DNA of 64,000 nt from Capsulimonadaceae bacterium. Lineage in GTDB: Bacteria > Armatimonadota > Armatimonadia > Armatimonadales > Capsulimonadaceae. Shown piece after piece: positions 11,602-20,784 of the stretch (positions are counted from its first letter, which is position 1; every line of letters starts with the position of its first letter). The stretch is taken from positions 160,001-224,000 of the forward strand of contig OZ244065.1 of NCBI GenBank assembly GCA_965215505.1. Direction: 5' to 3'. The notes under the pieces are model-generated. The model did no database searches and was not told the DNA's origin. It was given only the letters and a program-made list of their open reading frames with translations. Both the position numbers and the translations under genes were made by a program.

Positions 11602-12571
11602 CCCGCCGGCCCGTCTCAGACGACTCGATGGCGGCATAGGCCAGGGCCAGCGCCCTGCGCCCCGCTTCGGCGGGCACGGGCGGCGGCAGGCCCTCTTTGA
11701 ACGCCGTCAGCAGGGCGTCCATGTAGGCATCAAAAGTGCGGTGGAACTCGCGGTCCCGGTCGTTGAAGTAGCCCGCCGACCAGACCTCGCCGGTTTCGCT
11801 GCCGGCCTGCTGGACCGTGTAGCGGCGCACGGTGTCTTCAATCACGACGCGGCCCGATTTCCCGTTGATCTCCACATGATGCGTGTTCGGGTAGGCGTAG
11901 GACGAGTCGTAGCTGCCGAGCAGTGTCCCGACCGCGCCACTCGTGAAGGCCAGGGCAAGAGCCAGCGTGCGGAAGCCGCCGCCGGTCGTGTCGGTCATCT
12001 GGGCCGTGACCGACTCGATGGGGCCGCACAAAAACTCCAGCATGTCAAACCCGTGGCACTGCGTCTCAATCAGGTTGGCGTGGGGGTGGTCGCTCGCGCC
12101 CTCGCCGCCGAAGCGCCAGGTGGCAAACACGAGTGGGCCGAGCCGCCCCGCCTCGATGGCCGCCTTCGCCTTCTGGACGGGCTGGGCGTAGCGGTGGTTG
12201 AAGTTGATCGCGAAGAACAGGCCGCGCTCGGCGGCCTCGGCGATGAGCGTGTCCGCCTCACCGAGATCGAAGACAAGGGGCTTTTCCGCCAGCAGAGGGT
12301 AGCCCGCCCGGATGACTTGCCGCGTCGCGTCGAAGTGCCCCTGGTTCGGCAGGGACAGGCTGACCAGGTCGGGCCGCTCGCGGTCCAGCATCTCGCCGAT
12401 GTCGGTGTAAGCCCGCACCCTGAACTCCGATGCCCGCGCCTGCGTCTTCTCCGGCGTCCGCCCGACGATGGCGCAGAATTCCACATCGGGGCGTTCGGAA
12501 AAGATGCGCGCGTGCTGCCGGCCCCAGCCCCCGGCCCCGATGAGGGCCACTTTGACTCGCTCTTTGCTCAT
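11579..12571 (-). CDS. Gfo/Idh/MocA family oxidoreductase
   Basis: IGAGGWG, EKP, NFNHRY and HGFD motifs. Confidence 0.92.
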   Translation of the reverse strand: MSKERVKVALIGAGGWGRQHARIFSERPDVEFCAIVGRTPEKTQARASEFRVRAYTDIGEMLDRERPDLVSLSLPNQGHFDATRQVIRAGYPLLAEKPLVFDLGEADTLIAEAAERGLFFAINFNHRYAQPVQKAKAAIEAGRLGPLVFATWRFGGEGASDHPHANLIETQCHGFDMLEFLCGPIESVTAQMTDTTGGGFRTLALALAFTSGAVGTLLGSYDSSYAYPNTHHVEINGKSGRVVIEDTVRRYTVQQAGSETGEVWSAGYFNDRDREFHRTFDAYMDALLTAFKEGLPPPVPAEAGRRALALAYAAIESSETGRRVSPADAP

Positions 12572-13590
12572 TGCTCGATGACCACTTTCCCCGTCTCGCC
12601 GCCGAAAAACGTCTCGAACGCCGTTTGTATTTCGCCCACCGGGTAGCGGTGCGTGATGATGGACGCGAGATAGTCCCGGTGTGCCCGCAGGCGTTCCAGG
12701 TTGGCGGTCAACTCGTCGTAGCGGAAATACTCGCTGCCCAAAACCGCCCGCTCGGGGGCGATGAGGTCGGGCGAAACGTCCAGCGTCAGCCCCTGTCCGT
12801 GCCCGACGCAGACCAGTACGCCGCGAGGGTCCAGCGCGTCCAGCGCGGACCGCCGCGCCGCTTCCTTGCCGCTCGTGTCTATCGCGGCATCCACGGTCGG
12901 CAGGGCATTTGCAGGCAGCCGGATCGGGACGCCGCCCAACCGTTCGGCCAGTGCCAGCCGGTAGGGGATGGTGTCCGTGATGAACACGGGCAGGTCCCGC
13001 CCCACGAGCAGCTTCGCCATCGCCAGGACGCCCAGGCCGATCGGACCCGCCCCCGCCACCAGCAGCGATTTGATGTCTGGCCGGACGGCCTGCGCGCGGG
13101 CGATGGCGTGGCCGCCCGTGCCCATGATGTCCAGCAGCAGGGTCGCCTCGGTCAAGGACACGTCCGGCGTCACTGGGAAAAAGACGTTCTCGTGGACCAG
13201 TTCATACGGCCCGTAACCGCCGTCCTGCGTGAACCCCATGTCGGCGCGCTTGGCCGCGCACTGGTTGGTATGCCCGAGCCGACACGACCGGCAGGCCCCG
13301 CAGAAGTCCATCAGGAAGATGACGCCGGGTGTCCCGGCCGGGGTGTGTGTGTCCGGCCCCGCCTGGGCGACGACGCCGGCCGCCTCGTGGCCGGGCGTCA
13401 CCGAGGAGCCGCCCTGGAACTGCCCGCGCTCGGACCCGCACAGGGCGTTGGCCTTGACCTGAATCAGAAGCTGGCCCGGCCCCGGCGATGGGACGGGCTT
13501 TTCGCCGAATGTGATGCGCCCACCGCCGCCGAACTGCGGGACGGGCATGGTATTCGGGATGGGCATGGGGAACAGCCTTTCGGAACCCAC
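12568..13590 (-). CDS. Zn-dependent alcohol dehydrogenase (MDR); real start probably near 13566
   Basis: LCGSE, GHE, C..C..C...C and GAGPIG motifs. Confidence 0.88.
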   Translation of the reverse strand: MGSERLFPMPIPNTMPVPQFGGGGRITFGEKPVPSPGPGQLLIQVKANALCGSERGQFQGGSSVTPGHEAAGVVAQAGPDTHTPAGTPGVIFLMDFCGACRSCRLGHTNQCAAKRADMGFTQDGGYGPYELVHENVFFPVTPDVSLTEATLLLDIMGTGGHAIARAQAVRPDIKSLLVAGAGPIGLGVLAMAKLLVGRDLPVFITDTIPYRLALAERLGGVPIRLPANALPTVDAAIDTSGKEAARRSALDALDPRGVLVCVGHGQGLTLDVSPDLIAPERAVLGSEYFRYDELTANLERLRAHRDYLASIITHRYPVGEIQTAFETFFGGETGKVVIEQ

Positions 13591-13614
13591 CCTGCCGCGA
13601 GCGGCGGGGTGGGT

Positions 13615-15411
13615 TCATCTCTCAATCGCCGCCCGCCGCGTCTGGATCGCCTTCAGCCGCGCGGCGTCGAACTTGAGCCGGCGGTCGAACGTGTAGATGC
13701 CGTTCAACTCCGGGTGGACGTCCGTGAGCTGCGTGTAGCAGTAGCCGAACATGTGCGGGTTGTCCAGCAGGATGTCGCACACGTCCCCGAAGCGGCGGTA
13801 GAAGTCGTCCAGCGTCTTCGGTCCGCCGCCGTAGCCCCAGCTCTTGTTCGCCAAGGCCATCTCCGACTCGATGACCCATTTGAAGCCGCCGAACTCGCTC
13901 ACGAAGTACGGCTGGCCTTCATAGGCGATTGACCAGTTCGTGCCGTCGTTCTTGTGGACCTTGCCTTTCGCCATGTTGGCGTGGCGCTTGCGGAACTTGG
14001 CGATACCGACCTCGTAGTCCTTCTCGTCGATGTAGTCGTGCGAGTCGTAGATGTCCGCCCCGCGAACGCGGTGCGAGTAGCCGGAGGTGTCCAGGACGGG
14101 CCGGGAGGTGTCCATGGCTTTGGTCGCCAGGTACATGCCGTGCGTCACGTCGTCCAGGATCGTGATCTCGTCGCCGATCTTCTGCCAGGTCTCGTTCAGC
14201 GGGCACCAGCCGATGATGCTGGGGTGCGAGTAGTCCCGCGCCAGTGCCTCCAGCCACTGCGTGATGTAGGCCGCGCCGGGTTTCTGGTGGTCGCTCGACC
14301 CGCCGTGCCCGCCGCAGCCCCAGTCGCCGAACTCGCCCCAGATCAGATAGCCCATGCGGTCGGCGTGGTAGAGGAACCGCTCTTCAAAGACCTTCTGGTG
14401 CAGGCGCGCGCCGTTGAAGCCGACGTCCTGGCTCATTTGAATGTCCGCGATCAGGGCGGTGTCGGTGGGCGCGGTCATCACGCCGTCGGGGTAGTAGCCC
14501 TGGTCCAGCACGAGCCGCTGGAAGACCGTCTCGCCGTTGAGCTTGACCTTCTGGCCGTCAATCGCCACGGAGCGCAGCCCGGCGTAGCTCGTCGCCGAAT
14601 CCACGACCGTGCCGTCGGCGTCGCGCAGGCTGATCTCGATGTCGTACAGGTGGGGGTCCGAAACCGACCAGAGCCGCCGCCGGTCTTCGGGGATGGAGAG
14701 TGTCAGGCGCGGCGCAAGGTCCAGGTGTGCGGCGACGGAGGCAGACGCCACCTCGTCCGCCCCGTCAGTGAGGGCCGCGTGAAGCGTCAGGCCGGGCCGG
14801 TTCTGCGTCAGCGGCTGCTCCAGGTGGAACGCGCCGTTCGCGACATCGGGCGTCAGGCGCGGGCGGCCCAAGGCTGCTTCGGGGACCGGCTCGATCCACA
14901 CGGTCTGCCAGATGCCCGTCGTCCGCGTGTACAGGCAGCCGTGCGGGGCGTAAGCCTGGGACTGCTTGCCGCGCGCCTTGGGCGTCTTCCAGTCGTCGCG
15001 CGCCCGGACAACGACGGTGAACGTGTCGCCGCCGGTGACGGTCTTCAAAGTCGCCGAGAACGGCGTGAAGCCGCCCCGGTGGCGGATGACTTCTACGCCG
15101 TCCACCCAGACGGTCGCATCGTAATCCACCGCCCCGAAGTGCAGCAGGACGTGGCGGCCCTTCCACTCTTTGGGCACTTTGACCGTCTTGCGATACCAGA
15201 CGGCGGCCAGGAAATCCGTGTGGCCGACGCCGGACAGCGGCGACTCGGGGCAGAACGGGACGGTGATCTTTTCGGCAAGATGGCTGCTCACGAGGTTTCG
15301 TGCCAGTCCGCTGTCGCTGTTATCAATTTCAAACTCCCATTCGCCGTTCAGGCACAGCCAATCCGGGCGGACGAACTGCGGGCGGGGGTACTCGGGGCGG
15401 GGGATGGTCAT
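13615..15411 (-). CDS. glycoside hydrolase family 2 (beta-galactosidase/galactofuranosidase-like)
   Basis: EYPRPQ, LNGEW, HFGAVDY, LDQGY, RLHQK, NE (acid/base) and SEFGG (nucleophile) motifs. Confidence 0.92.
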   Translation of the reverse strand: MTIPRPEYPRPQFVRPDWLCLNGEWEFEIDNSDSGLARNLVSSHLAEKITVPFCPESPLSGVGHTDFLAAVWYRKTVKVPKEWKGRHVLLHFGAVDYDATVWVDGVEVIRHRGGFTPFSATLKTVTGGDTFTVVVRARDDWKTPKARGKQSQAYAPHGCLYTRTTGIWQTVWIEPVPEAALGRPRLTPDVANGAFHLEQPLTQNRPGLTLHAALTDGADEVASASVAAHLDLAPRLTLSIPEDRRRLWSVSDPHLYDIEISLRDADGTVVDSATSYAGLRSVAIDGQKVKLNGETVFQRLVLDQGYYPDGVMTAPTDTALIADIQMSQDVGFNGARLHQKVFEERFLYHADRMGYLIWGEFGDWGCGGHGGSSDHQKPGAAYITQWLEALARDYSHPSIIGWCPLNETWQKIGDEITILDDVTHGMYLATKAMDTSRPVLDTSGYSHRVRGADIYDSHDYIDEKDYEVGIAKFRKRHANMAKGKVHKNDGTNWSIAYEGQPYFVSEFGGFKWVIESEMALANKSWGYGGGPKTLDDFYRRFGDVCDILLDNPHMFGYCYTQLTDVHPELNGIYTFDRRLKFDAARLKAIQTRRAAIER

Positions 15412-15459
15412 GGTTGCTCCTTCGCGAACTTTGGGCTATAATACTCCATTCGTCCCGTC

Positions 15460-16302
15460 ATGTCCATCATCTATATCAACACCGACCTACGCGAAACACA
15501 CATGCTCGGGGCGCAGACGCGCGAATGGCTGGTCAGCGCCGCACTCTGTCCGGCCCTTGCCCCCCACGGCATCCTGTTGGCTGGATTGACCGACGCCGGG
15601 CCGGGATTCCGCTTCGTCCGGCCCGCTCCCCGCTGGGGTCAACTCCTCATCTGCACGGCGGGCGTCGGCTGGGTCTGGGTTGACGGTGAGTGGCTGCGCT
15701 GTGAGGCCGGAACGGCCTATGTGACCCCGGCGGGCGTCCTCCATGCCTACCAGGCCGACTCGGACACGCGCTGGGAACTCTGCTGGGTGCAGTCGTCCGA
15801 GGACTGGCTGTGCCTCGCGGACGCCCCCCGCCTTCTATCGGTGGATACGGCTCCTCTGGCCTCCGCCCTGACCGGCCTGCGACGGGAGGTGACGGAGGCC
15901 GCCGACGCGGCCCTGCTGCCGCCCTGGGCCTTCCTGGTAGCCGCCTATGCCCGCCGGATGGTGCGTCCCGAGGCGGGCGACCCGCGCCTGCGCCGCTTGT
16001 GGGAGGCCGTCGGAGCCGACCTCGCCTACCCCTGGACTGTAGAGGCTTTAGCGGCCCTCGCCAACATCAGCGGCGAACACCTGCGCCGTCTGTGCCGGCG
16101 GCATTTAGGGCGCAGTCCGATGAGCCACGTCACGGCCCTGCGGATGCGTCTGGCGATGGCCCTGCTCGCCTCCGAGTCCTACACCATCGAGACGGTAGCC
16201 CAGCAGGTCGGCTACGACAGCCCGTTCGCCTTCAGTGCCGCCTTCAAGCGGCACCAGGGGGTTTCGCCTTCCGAATACCGCCGGCAGGCGCACGGACGGT
16301 GA
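15460..16302 (+). CDS. AraC family transcriptional regulator
   Basis: C-terminal double HTH (VAQQVGYDSPFAFSAAFKRHQGVSP); divergent from the GH2 gene; TATAAT at 15437-15442. Confidence 0.92.
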   Translation: MSIIYINTDLRETHMLGAQTREWLVSAALCPALAPHGILLAGLTDAGPGFRFVRPAPRWGQLLICTAGVGWVWVDGEWLRCEAGTAYVTPAGVLHAYQADSDTRWELCWVQSSEDWLCLADAPRLLSVDTAPLASALTGLRREVTEAADAALLPPWAFLVAAYARRMVRPEAGDPRLRRLWEAVGADLAYPWTVEALAALANISGEHLRRLCRRHLGRSPMSHVTALRMRLAMALLASESYTIETVAQQVGYDSPFAFSAAFKRHQGVSPSEYRRQAHGR

Positions 16303-16375
16303 ACCGGCGGGGGAAGAACACGAAACCAGCGTGCCGAATGGTGTATAATGCCTGGAAGTGCCGAGGAGGTGTCAC

Positions 16376-16609
16376 ATGGTCCGCAACTGGAAACGTGCAT
16401 CCGCCGGAATGTCTCTGGTCCTGGCTGTCGTCGTGCTGGGGTTGTACGCCTACCCCCGCGCCCATTCCTCACCTACCTACCGCCTCGCCAACGGGATTAA
16501 AGTCACCCCGCTAGAAGTTCAGCCTGATGATGCTGCAAAGGTGCTTGATGTCAAAATACGGAAATTTGATGTATCTATGCCTGACGTTAGGGAAGAAGAT
16601 CAGGCTTAG
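16376..16609 (+). CDS. small secreted or membrane-anchored hypothetical protein, possibly truncated
   Basis: TATAAT at 16344, GAGGAGG RBS and an N-terminal hydrophobic helix; GC falls toward the 3' end. Confidence 0.5.
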   Translation: MVRNWKRASAGMSLVLAVVVLGLYAYPRAHSSPTYRLANGIKVTPLEVQPDDAAKVLDVKIRKFDVSMPDVREEDQA

Positions 16610-16701
16610 ATTTCCAGACAATCTTGCCGGCCACCTATCAGCATTGAAATGGAGGTTTCATTAAGGGACAGTGTAATCATGTAAATCATCGGATGTAGAA
16701 C

Positions 16702-16735
16702 GAACAGCCCGCCTTACGATAAGGCTGGGCTGTTC
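16702..16735. terminator. hairpin, probable terminator
   Basis: GAACAGCCC-GCCTTA / TAAGGC-T-GGGCTGTTC stem. Confidence 0.5.
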
Positions 16736-16869
16736 CATTCCGGGCTGTCCCATTAAGGTTCCAGGCGATCATGAACGACCCCATGAAGAAGGATGCGAGC
16801 AAGGGCATCTCCGAAACGGTCTTTTTCCTCGCCGGATTAAGAAAGGTTGCTATCGGGTAAACTAATAAG

Positions 16870-17883
16870 ATGAATACGACCATATTGAACCGACGGGAAT
16901 TCGTTCGCTTGGGCGGAGCAGGCCTCCTGTTGGGTCTGTCCCCCTTGAGCGCTGCCGGATTGCCGGCAGCGGAGGCCGCCCCGCTGCCCATCCCCCTATC
17001 CCCTGCACCGACAGTGGATGCACGCTTCCCATGCCGCATCGCCGACGGCATCTGGATCATTCCAGACAAGCGGACTCCGCTCGTGCCGAACATCGGCATT
17101 GTCGAAGGCGACAAAACGGTGCTGGTCATTGACAGTGGGTTTACACCGCAGAGCGGGCGCGACGTCTTGAAGGCGGCGCGAGCCATTGCGGGCAAGCGTG
17201 ACATCATCCTGACCGTCACGCACGCGCATCCCGAACATACATATGGAGCGCAGGCGTTCAAAGGCCACGCGAAGATTTTCTACAACAAGCTTCAGCGTGA
17301 CTACCTGGCGAGTGAGGGGCCGAAGCTGCTGAAGGGGTTCCGCTCATCGCTCCCCCCCGACCAGGTTTCTCTTCTGGACGACACACAGATCACTCTGGCC
17401 GACGAGGTGTACGAGGGCAGCCGTGCTTCCCTAGACCTCGGCAATCGCAAAGTCGAGTTCTGGACCGGGGGCATCGCGCACAGCCCCGGCGACCAGATCA
17501 TCAGTATCCCTGACCAGAAGGTGACGTTCGTGGGCGACCTCGTCGAAGAGCGGATGTTTCCCATCGTCCCGCTCTTTCCTCCGATGATCAACGCGGCTGA
17601 CATTGACCTGCGGGCCTGGGAGAAGGCTCTCGCGCGAGTCTCGGAGCAGCAGCCGCGAATTGTTGTCCCCGGACACGGGAATTTAGGTGGAGCGGAAATC
17701 GCCGACGATGTGCGCGGCTACTTCGGGGAGATCCGTCGAATGGTGGCGTCCCGCGAGGCCAACAAGATGACCTCTGCGGAGGCGGTACGTCAACTCGAAC
17801 CTGCGGTGCAGCGCCTGCACCCGACCTGGGAGCGGACCATGTTCATCGCGCCCGCGCTTCGCTACCTGAGCGAACAGGCTTAA
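16870..17883 (+). CDS. Tat-exported MBL-fold metallo-hydrolase
   Basis: RREFV twin-arginine signal; THAHPEH, HSPGD, GD and PGHG motifs. Confidence 0.9.
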   Translation: MNTTILNRREFVRLGGAGLLLGLSPLSAAGLPAAEAAPLPIPLSPAPTVDARFPCRIADGIWIIPDKRTPLVPNIGIVEGDKTVLVIDSGFTPQSGRDVLKAARAIAGKRDIILTVTHAHPEHTYGAQAFKGHAKIFYNKLQRDYLASEGPKLLKGFRSSLPPDQVSLLDDTQITLADEVYEGSRASLDLGNRKVEFWTGGIAHSPGDQIISIPDQKVTFVGDLVEERMFPIVPLFPPMINAADIDLRAWEKALARVSEQQPRIVVPGHGNLGGAEIADDVRGYFGEIRRMVASREANKMTSAEAVRQLEPAVQRLHPTWERTMFIAPALRYLSEQA

Positions 17884-17916
17884 AGGTAAGCGCCTGTTCT
17901 AAATTCTGTTAACCGA

Positions 17917-18214
17917 GGGGTCTGCTCACGAAACGGAAAAAATAGTACGTTAAGCGTCCCGAGCATCCTTAGCGGTTAGAAGTCGCCTTGCTTGTCCTCT
18001 ATTTTCGGGTGCGCGACGGCCAAGATAAGTGTACGGAACTTGGCTAGTGACAGCAGGCCCAGCCAAAAACGATAAAGCCGATTTGATATTGGTTGCGCGT
18101 GATTTGGTCATCTTTATTGGCCGCTTGATTCTGGTCCCGCCGCAAGGGTCTCAGACCCCGGTTTGGAAGAGGAAACCCTTAACGTACTATATCTCCGTTT
18201 CGTGAGCGTGCCCC
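17917..18214. mobile_element. Tn3-family-derived miniature inverted-repeat element (MITE/TIME-like), 298 bp
   Basis: Left IR GGGGTCTGCTCACGAAACGGAAAAAATAGTACGTTAAG (38 bp); right IR reverse-complemented GGGGCACGCTCACGAAACGGAGATATAGTACGTTAAG. GGGG...ACGTTAAG is the Tn3 IR signature. No transposase inside. Confidence 0.85.
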
Positions 18215-18264
18215 TTTAGCGGCATGGCAATTGCACTCGCTATCACTGCCGTGAAATTATCACA

Positions 18265-19113
18265 GTGACTATGGACATCCCACGCATACAATATGAACCC
18301 CTTGTTCTGGCGGCATTGGCTGAGGACATCGGGCCGGGCGATATTACGACGGCCCTGTGCATCCCGGAGGGGACGCGGGCGACGGCGACGGTGCTGGCGA
18401 AGCAGCCGGGCGTCATCGCCGGGCTGGCGATCGGGGAACTGGCGTTCCACCTGCTGGACCCGGACGCCGTTTGGCAGGCCCACATCAAGGACGGCGACCG
18501 GGTGGGGGAGGGGCGGACGCCGCTCGCCGTCGTCACAGGCGACGCCCGTGCGCTGCTGACGGCGGAGCGGGTGGCACTGAACTTCATGCAGCGGCTGTCG
18601 GGAATCGCGACCGTCACGGCCCGCTACGTCGGGCTGGTCGCGGGGACGAACGCCCGCATCGTGGACACGCGCAAGACGACGCCGGGCCTGCGGGCATTGG
18701 AAAAGTACGCGGTCCGGGCGGGCGGCGGGTTCAACCACCGGCTGGGGCTGTATGACTGCGTTCTGATCAAAGACAACCACATCAAGGCGGCGGGCGGGAT
18801 CGCGAACGCGGTGCGGGGGGCGCGGGCGCACGTCCCGCACACGATGAAGGTGGAGGTGGAGGCTTCCACGCTGGCGCAGGTGGCGGAGGCTTTGGAGGCG
18901 GGCGCGGACATCATCCTGCTGGACAACATGGACACCGGCACGATGCGGCGGGCGGTCGAAACCATCGGCGGGCGGGCCACTTCGGAGGCGTCCGGCGGGC
19001 TGACCGAGGCGCGCGTGGCCGAGGTCGCGGCGACCGGCGTGGACATCCTGAGCATCGGGGCGCTGACGCATTCCGCGCCCGCGCTGGACATTTCGCTGGA
19101 TTTCGCGGAGTGA
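18265..19113 (+). CDS. nadC: nicotinate-nucleotide diphosphorylase (quinolinate phosphoribosyltransferase)
   Basis: ED.G.GDITT, DTRKTTPG, HRLGL, KDNH, EVE, LLDNM and EASGG motifs. Confidence 0.98.
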   Translation: MTMDIPRIQYEPLVLAALAEDIGPGDITTALCIPEGTRATATVLAKQPGVIAGLAIGELAFHLLDPDAVWQAHIKDGDRVGEGRTPLAVVTGDARALLTAERVALNFMQRLSGIATVTARYVGLVAGTNARIVDTRKTTPGLRALEKYAVRAGGGFNHRLGLYDCVLIKDNHIKAAGGIANAVRGARAHVPHTMKVEVEASTLAQVAEALEAGADIILLDNMDTGTMRRAVETIGGRATSEASGGLTEARVAEVAATGVDILSIGALTHSAPALDISLDFAE

Positions 19114-19120
19114 GGAATCC

Positions 19121-19228
19121 GGGCGATTGAAATCGCGGCAACAAAAGCACGAAGTCACCCTTCGCCGACTGAGACTTCAACCTGCGAAGGCAGGTTTTGT
19201 GAACTTGTTGCTGCGGTTTCAACCGCCG
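19121..19228. mobile_element. REPIN/MITE-like palindromic element
   Basis: Imperfect terminal inverted repeats GGCGATTGAAATCGCGGCAACAA... / ...TTGTTGCTGCGGTTTCAACCGCC, flanked by the direct repeat GTGAGGAA(T/C)CC. Confidence 0.7.
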
Positions 19229-19239
19229 GTGAGGAACCC

Positions 19240-19965
19240 ATGATACCCTTCGGAACTCCCCATCGGCACCTCGCGCAGTGTGGCTCGACAAACGATTTGG
19301 CGCGGGAGTGGGCGCGTGACCCGGACGACCCGGCCCCGTCGGGCGCTCTGGTGACGGCGGACTTCCAGACGCGCGGGCGCGGGCAGCGCGGGCACCAGTG
19401 GCAGGCAGGGTGGGGGCAGAGCGCCTTGATGTCGTTCGTCTACCATCCATCGCCGACGGTCGAGGCCGGACAGCTAGGGCTGATCGTAGCCCTGGCCGTG
19501 GCGGATGCATTGGCGTCTTTCGCTAGCCTGGACCCCCGCCTCAAGTGGCCGAACGACATCCTGCTGGACGGGCGCAAGGCGGCCGGGGTGCTGGTCGAGA
19601 TCAGCCCGCTCGCGCCCGGCACCGGGGAGGCCATCCTCGGCATCGGCGTCAACGTCAACCAGGAGAGGTTCGTCGGCGCGGACGAGTTCGTCTACCCGCC
19701 CACATCACTGCGGCGGGCGACGGGCCGGCCGCACGAAGTCGAAAGTGTCGTCGCCGCCGTGGCCTCGGCGCTGATGCATCGGGAAGAGGAGTGGCGGCGG
19801 GACGGCTTTGCGCCGATACTGGAAGAGTGCCGGAAGCGCCTCGCCGTCGGCGCGGCCGTGCGGAGGGGCGACCGGCGGGCGGAACTCGTCGGCCTCGCAG
19901 CCTCGGGGGCGGCACGGGTCCGGCTGCCGGACGGAACTTTCGCCGACTGGCACACGGTAGACTGA
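19240..19965 (+). CDS. birA: biotin--protein ligase (no N-terminal HTH)
   Basis: STN, QTRGRGQRGHQW, KWPND, KAAG and GIGVN motifs. Confidence 0.93.
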   Translation: MIPFGTPHRHLAQCGSTNDLAREWARDPDDPAPSGALVTADFQTRGRGQRGHQWQAGWGQSALMSFVYHPSPTVEAGQLGLIVALAVADALASFASLDPRLKWPNDILLDGRKAAGVLVEISPLAPGTGEAILGIGVNVNQERFVGADEFVYPPTSLRRATGRPHEVESVVAAVASALMHREEEWRRDGFAPILEECRKRLAVGAAVRRGDRRAELVGLAASGAARVRLPDGTFADWHTVD

Positions 19966-20056
19966 AAAAACGCCGGACATGAAAACGCCGGACATGAAAA
20001 CGCCGGACATGAAAACGCCGGACATGAAAACGCCGGACATGAAAAGCGCCCGCATG
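19966..20056. repeat. 15-bp tandem repeat (GAAAACGCCGGACAT) x5 plus a degenerate copy
   Basis: Read directly from the sequence; there are no spacers between units. Confidence 0.95.
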
Positions 20057-20102
20057 GTGTATACTAGGGGGGCGTTTCGCGGAAGTCACAAGGAATCACT
20101 TT

Positions 20103-20414
20103 ATGCTGAAGTCTCGCTGGCTGAGTACCTTCACCGTTATCGGCGCGGTCCTGATCGTGCTGGGCATCGTCGGCCTGGTCATGGGGCCGCATTTCGTTTA
20201 TGATCCGGGGCAGCCGGTCACCGGCAAGGAAGCCTGGTGCTACCTCGTCATCGGCGCCCTGATGGTGCTGAACGGCCTGATGACGCCGGCCCCGGCGGAA
20301 GACAAGCAGACGCCGAGTGCGGAGCGCAAGAAGCCCGGACATCTCGGGGTGCAGGCCGCCGCGAACGGGACAAAGGCCAGCGCGGCAAAAGCCGAGGAAA
20401 CGCGAACCATTTAG
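20103..20414 (+). CDS. small 2-TM membrane protein
   Basis: AAGGA RBS, two hydrophobic helices and a TATACT -10 at 20060. Confidence 0.75.
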   Translation: MLKSRWLSTFTVIGAVLIVLGIVGLVMGPHFVYDPGQPVTGKEAWCYLVIGALMVLNGLMTPAPAEDKQTPSAERKKPGHLGVQAAANGTKASAAKAEETRTI

Positions 20415-20481
20415 GCGGGCCGGATGTTGAACACAGTGTTAGATGCACGGACCGTCAGGAATATCGAGGATCAAACAGACA

Positions 20482-20763
20482 ATGCCATCGGAAGCGATAC
20501 GTTGCAGCGACTGCGGGGCGACTTTCAAGGGAGTCCCGTCTTGGCTCGCGACCGCCAAAGTAAAATTCACTTGCACCAACTGCCCCAAGCGGCCCTCGCG
20601 GGCCATCGCCCGGTTTGAGCCGCCGGTCGTTGCGGCCGCAGTCCTGGACGCGGACCCGGAGATTGACATGGACGCGGCCGAGATGGACGAGATCGACGAG
20701 GAAGCCGACCTCGACATCGGTACGGACGAATTGGAAGACGTCAAGGACGACAAGGACCTGTAG
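20482..20763 (+). CDS. small zinc-ribbon protein with an acidic C-terminal tail
   Basis: CSDC...CTNC followed by a D/E-rich tail; GAGGA RBS; strong terminator downstream. Confidence 0.75.
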   Translation: MPSEAIRCSDCGATFKGVPSWLATAKVKFTCTNCPKRPSRAIARFEPPVVAAAVLDADPEIDMDAAEMDEIDEEADLDIGTDELEDVKDDKDL

Positions 20764-20784
20764 GACATCTGCCCACGGAAACAG

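Noticed and set aside
16870-17883. Metallo-beta-lactamase resistance gene on a transposon
   Set aside because: The motif is HAHPEH in a generic MBL-fold hydrolase. Only one MITE flanks it and no second IR was found upstream, so neither a resistance function nor a composite transposon is supported.
19966-20056. Possible CRISPR array
   Set aside because: The 15-bp units are contiguous with no spacers, and there are no cas genes in the window.
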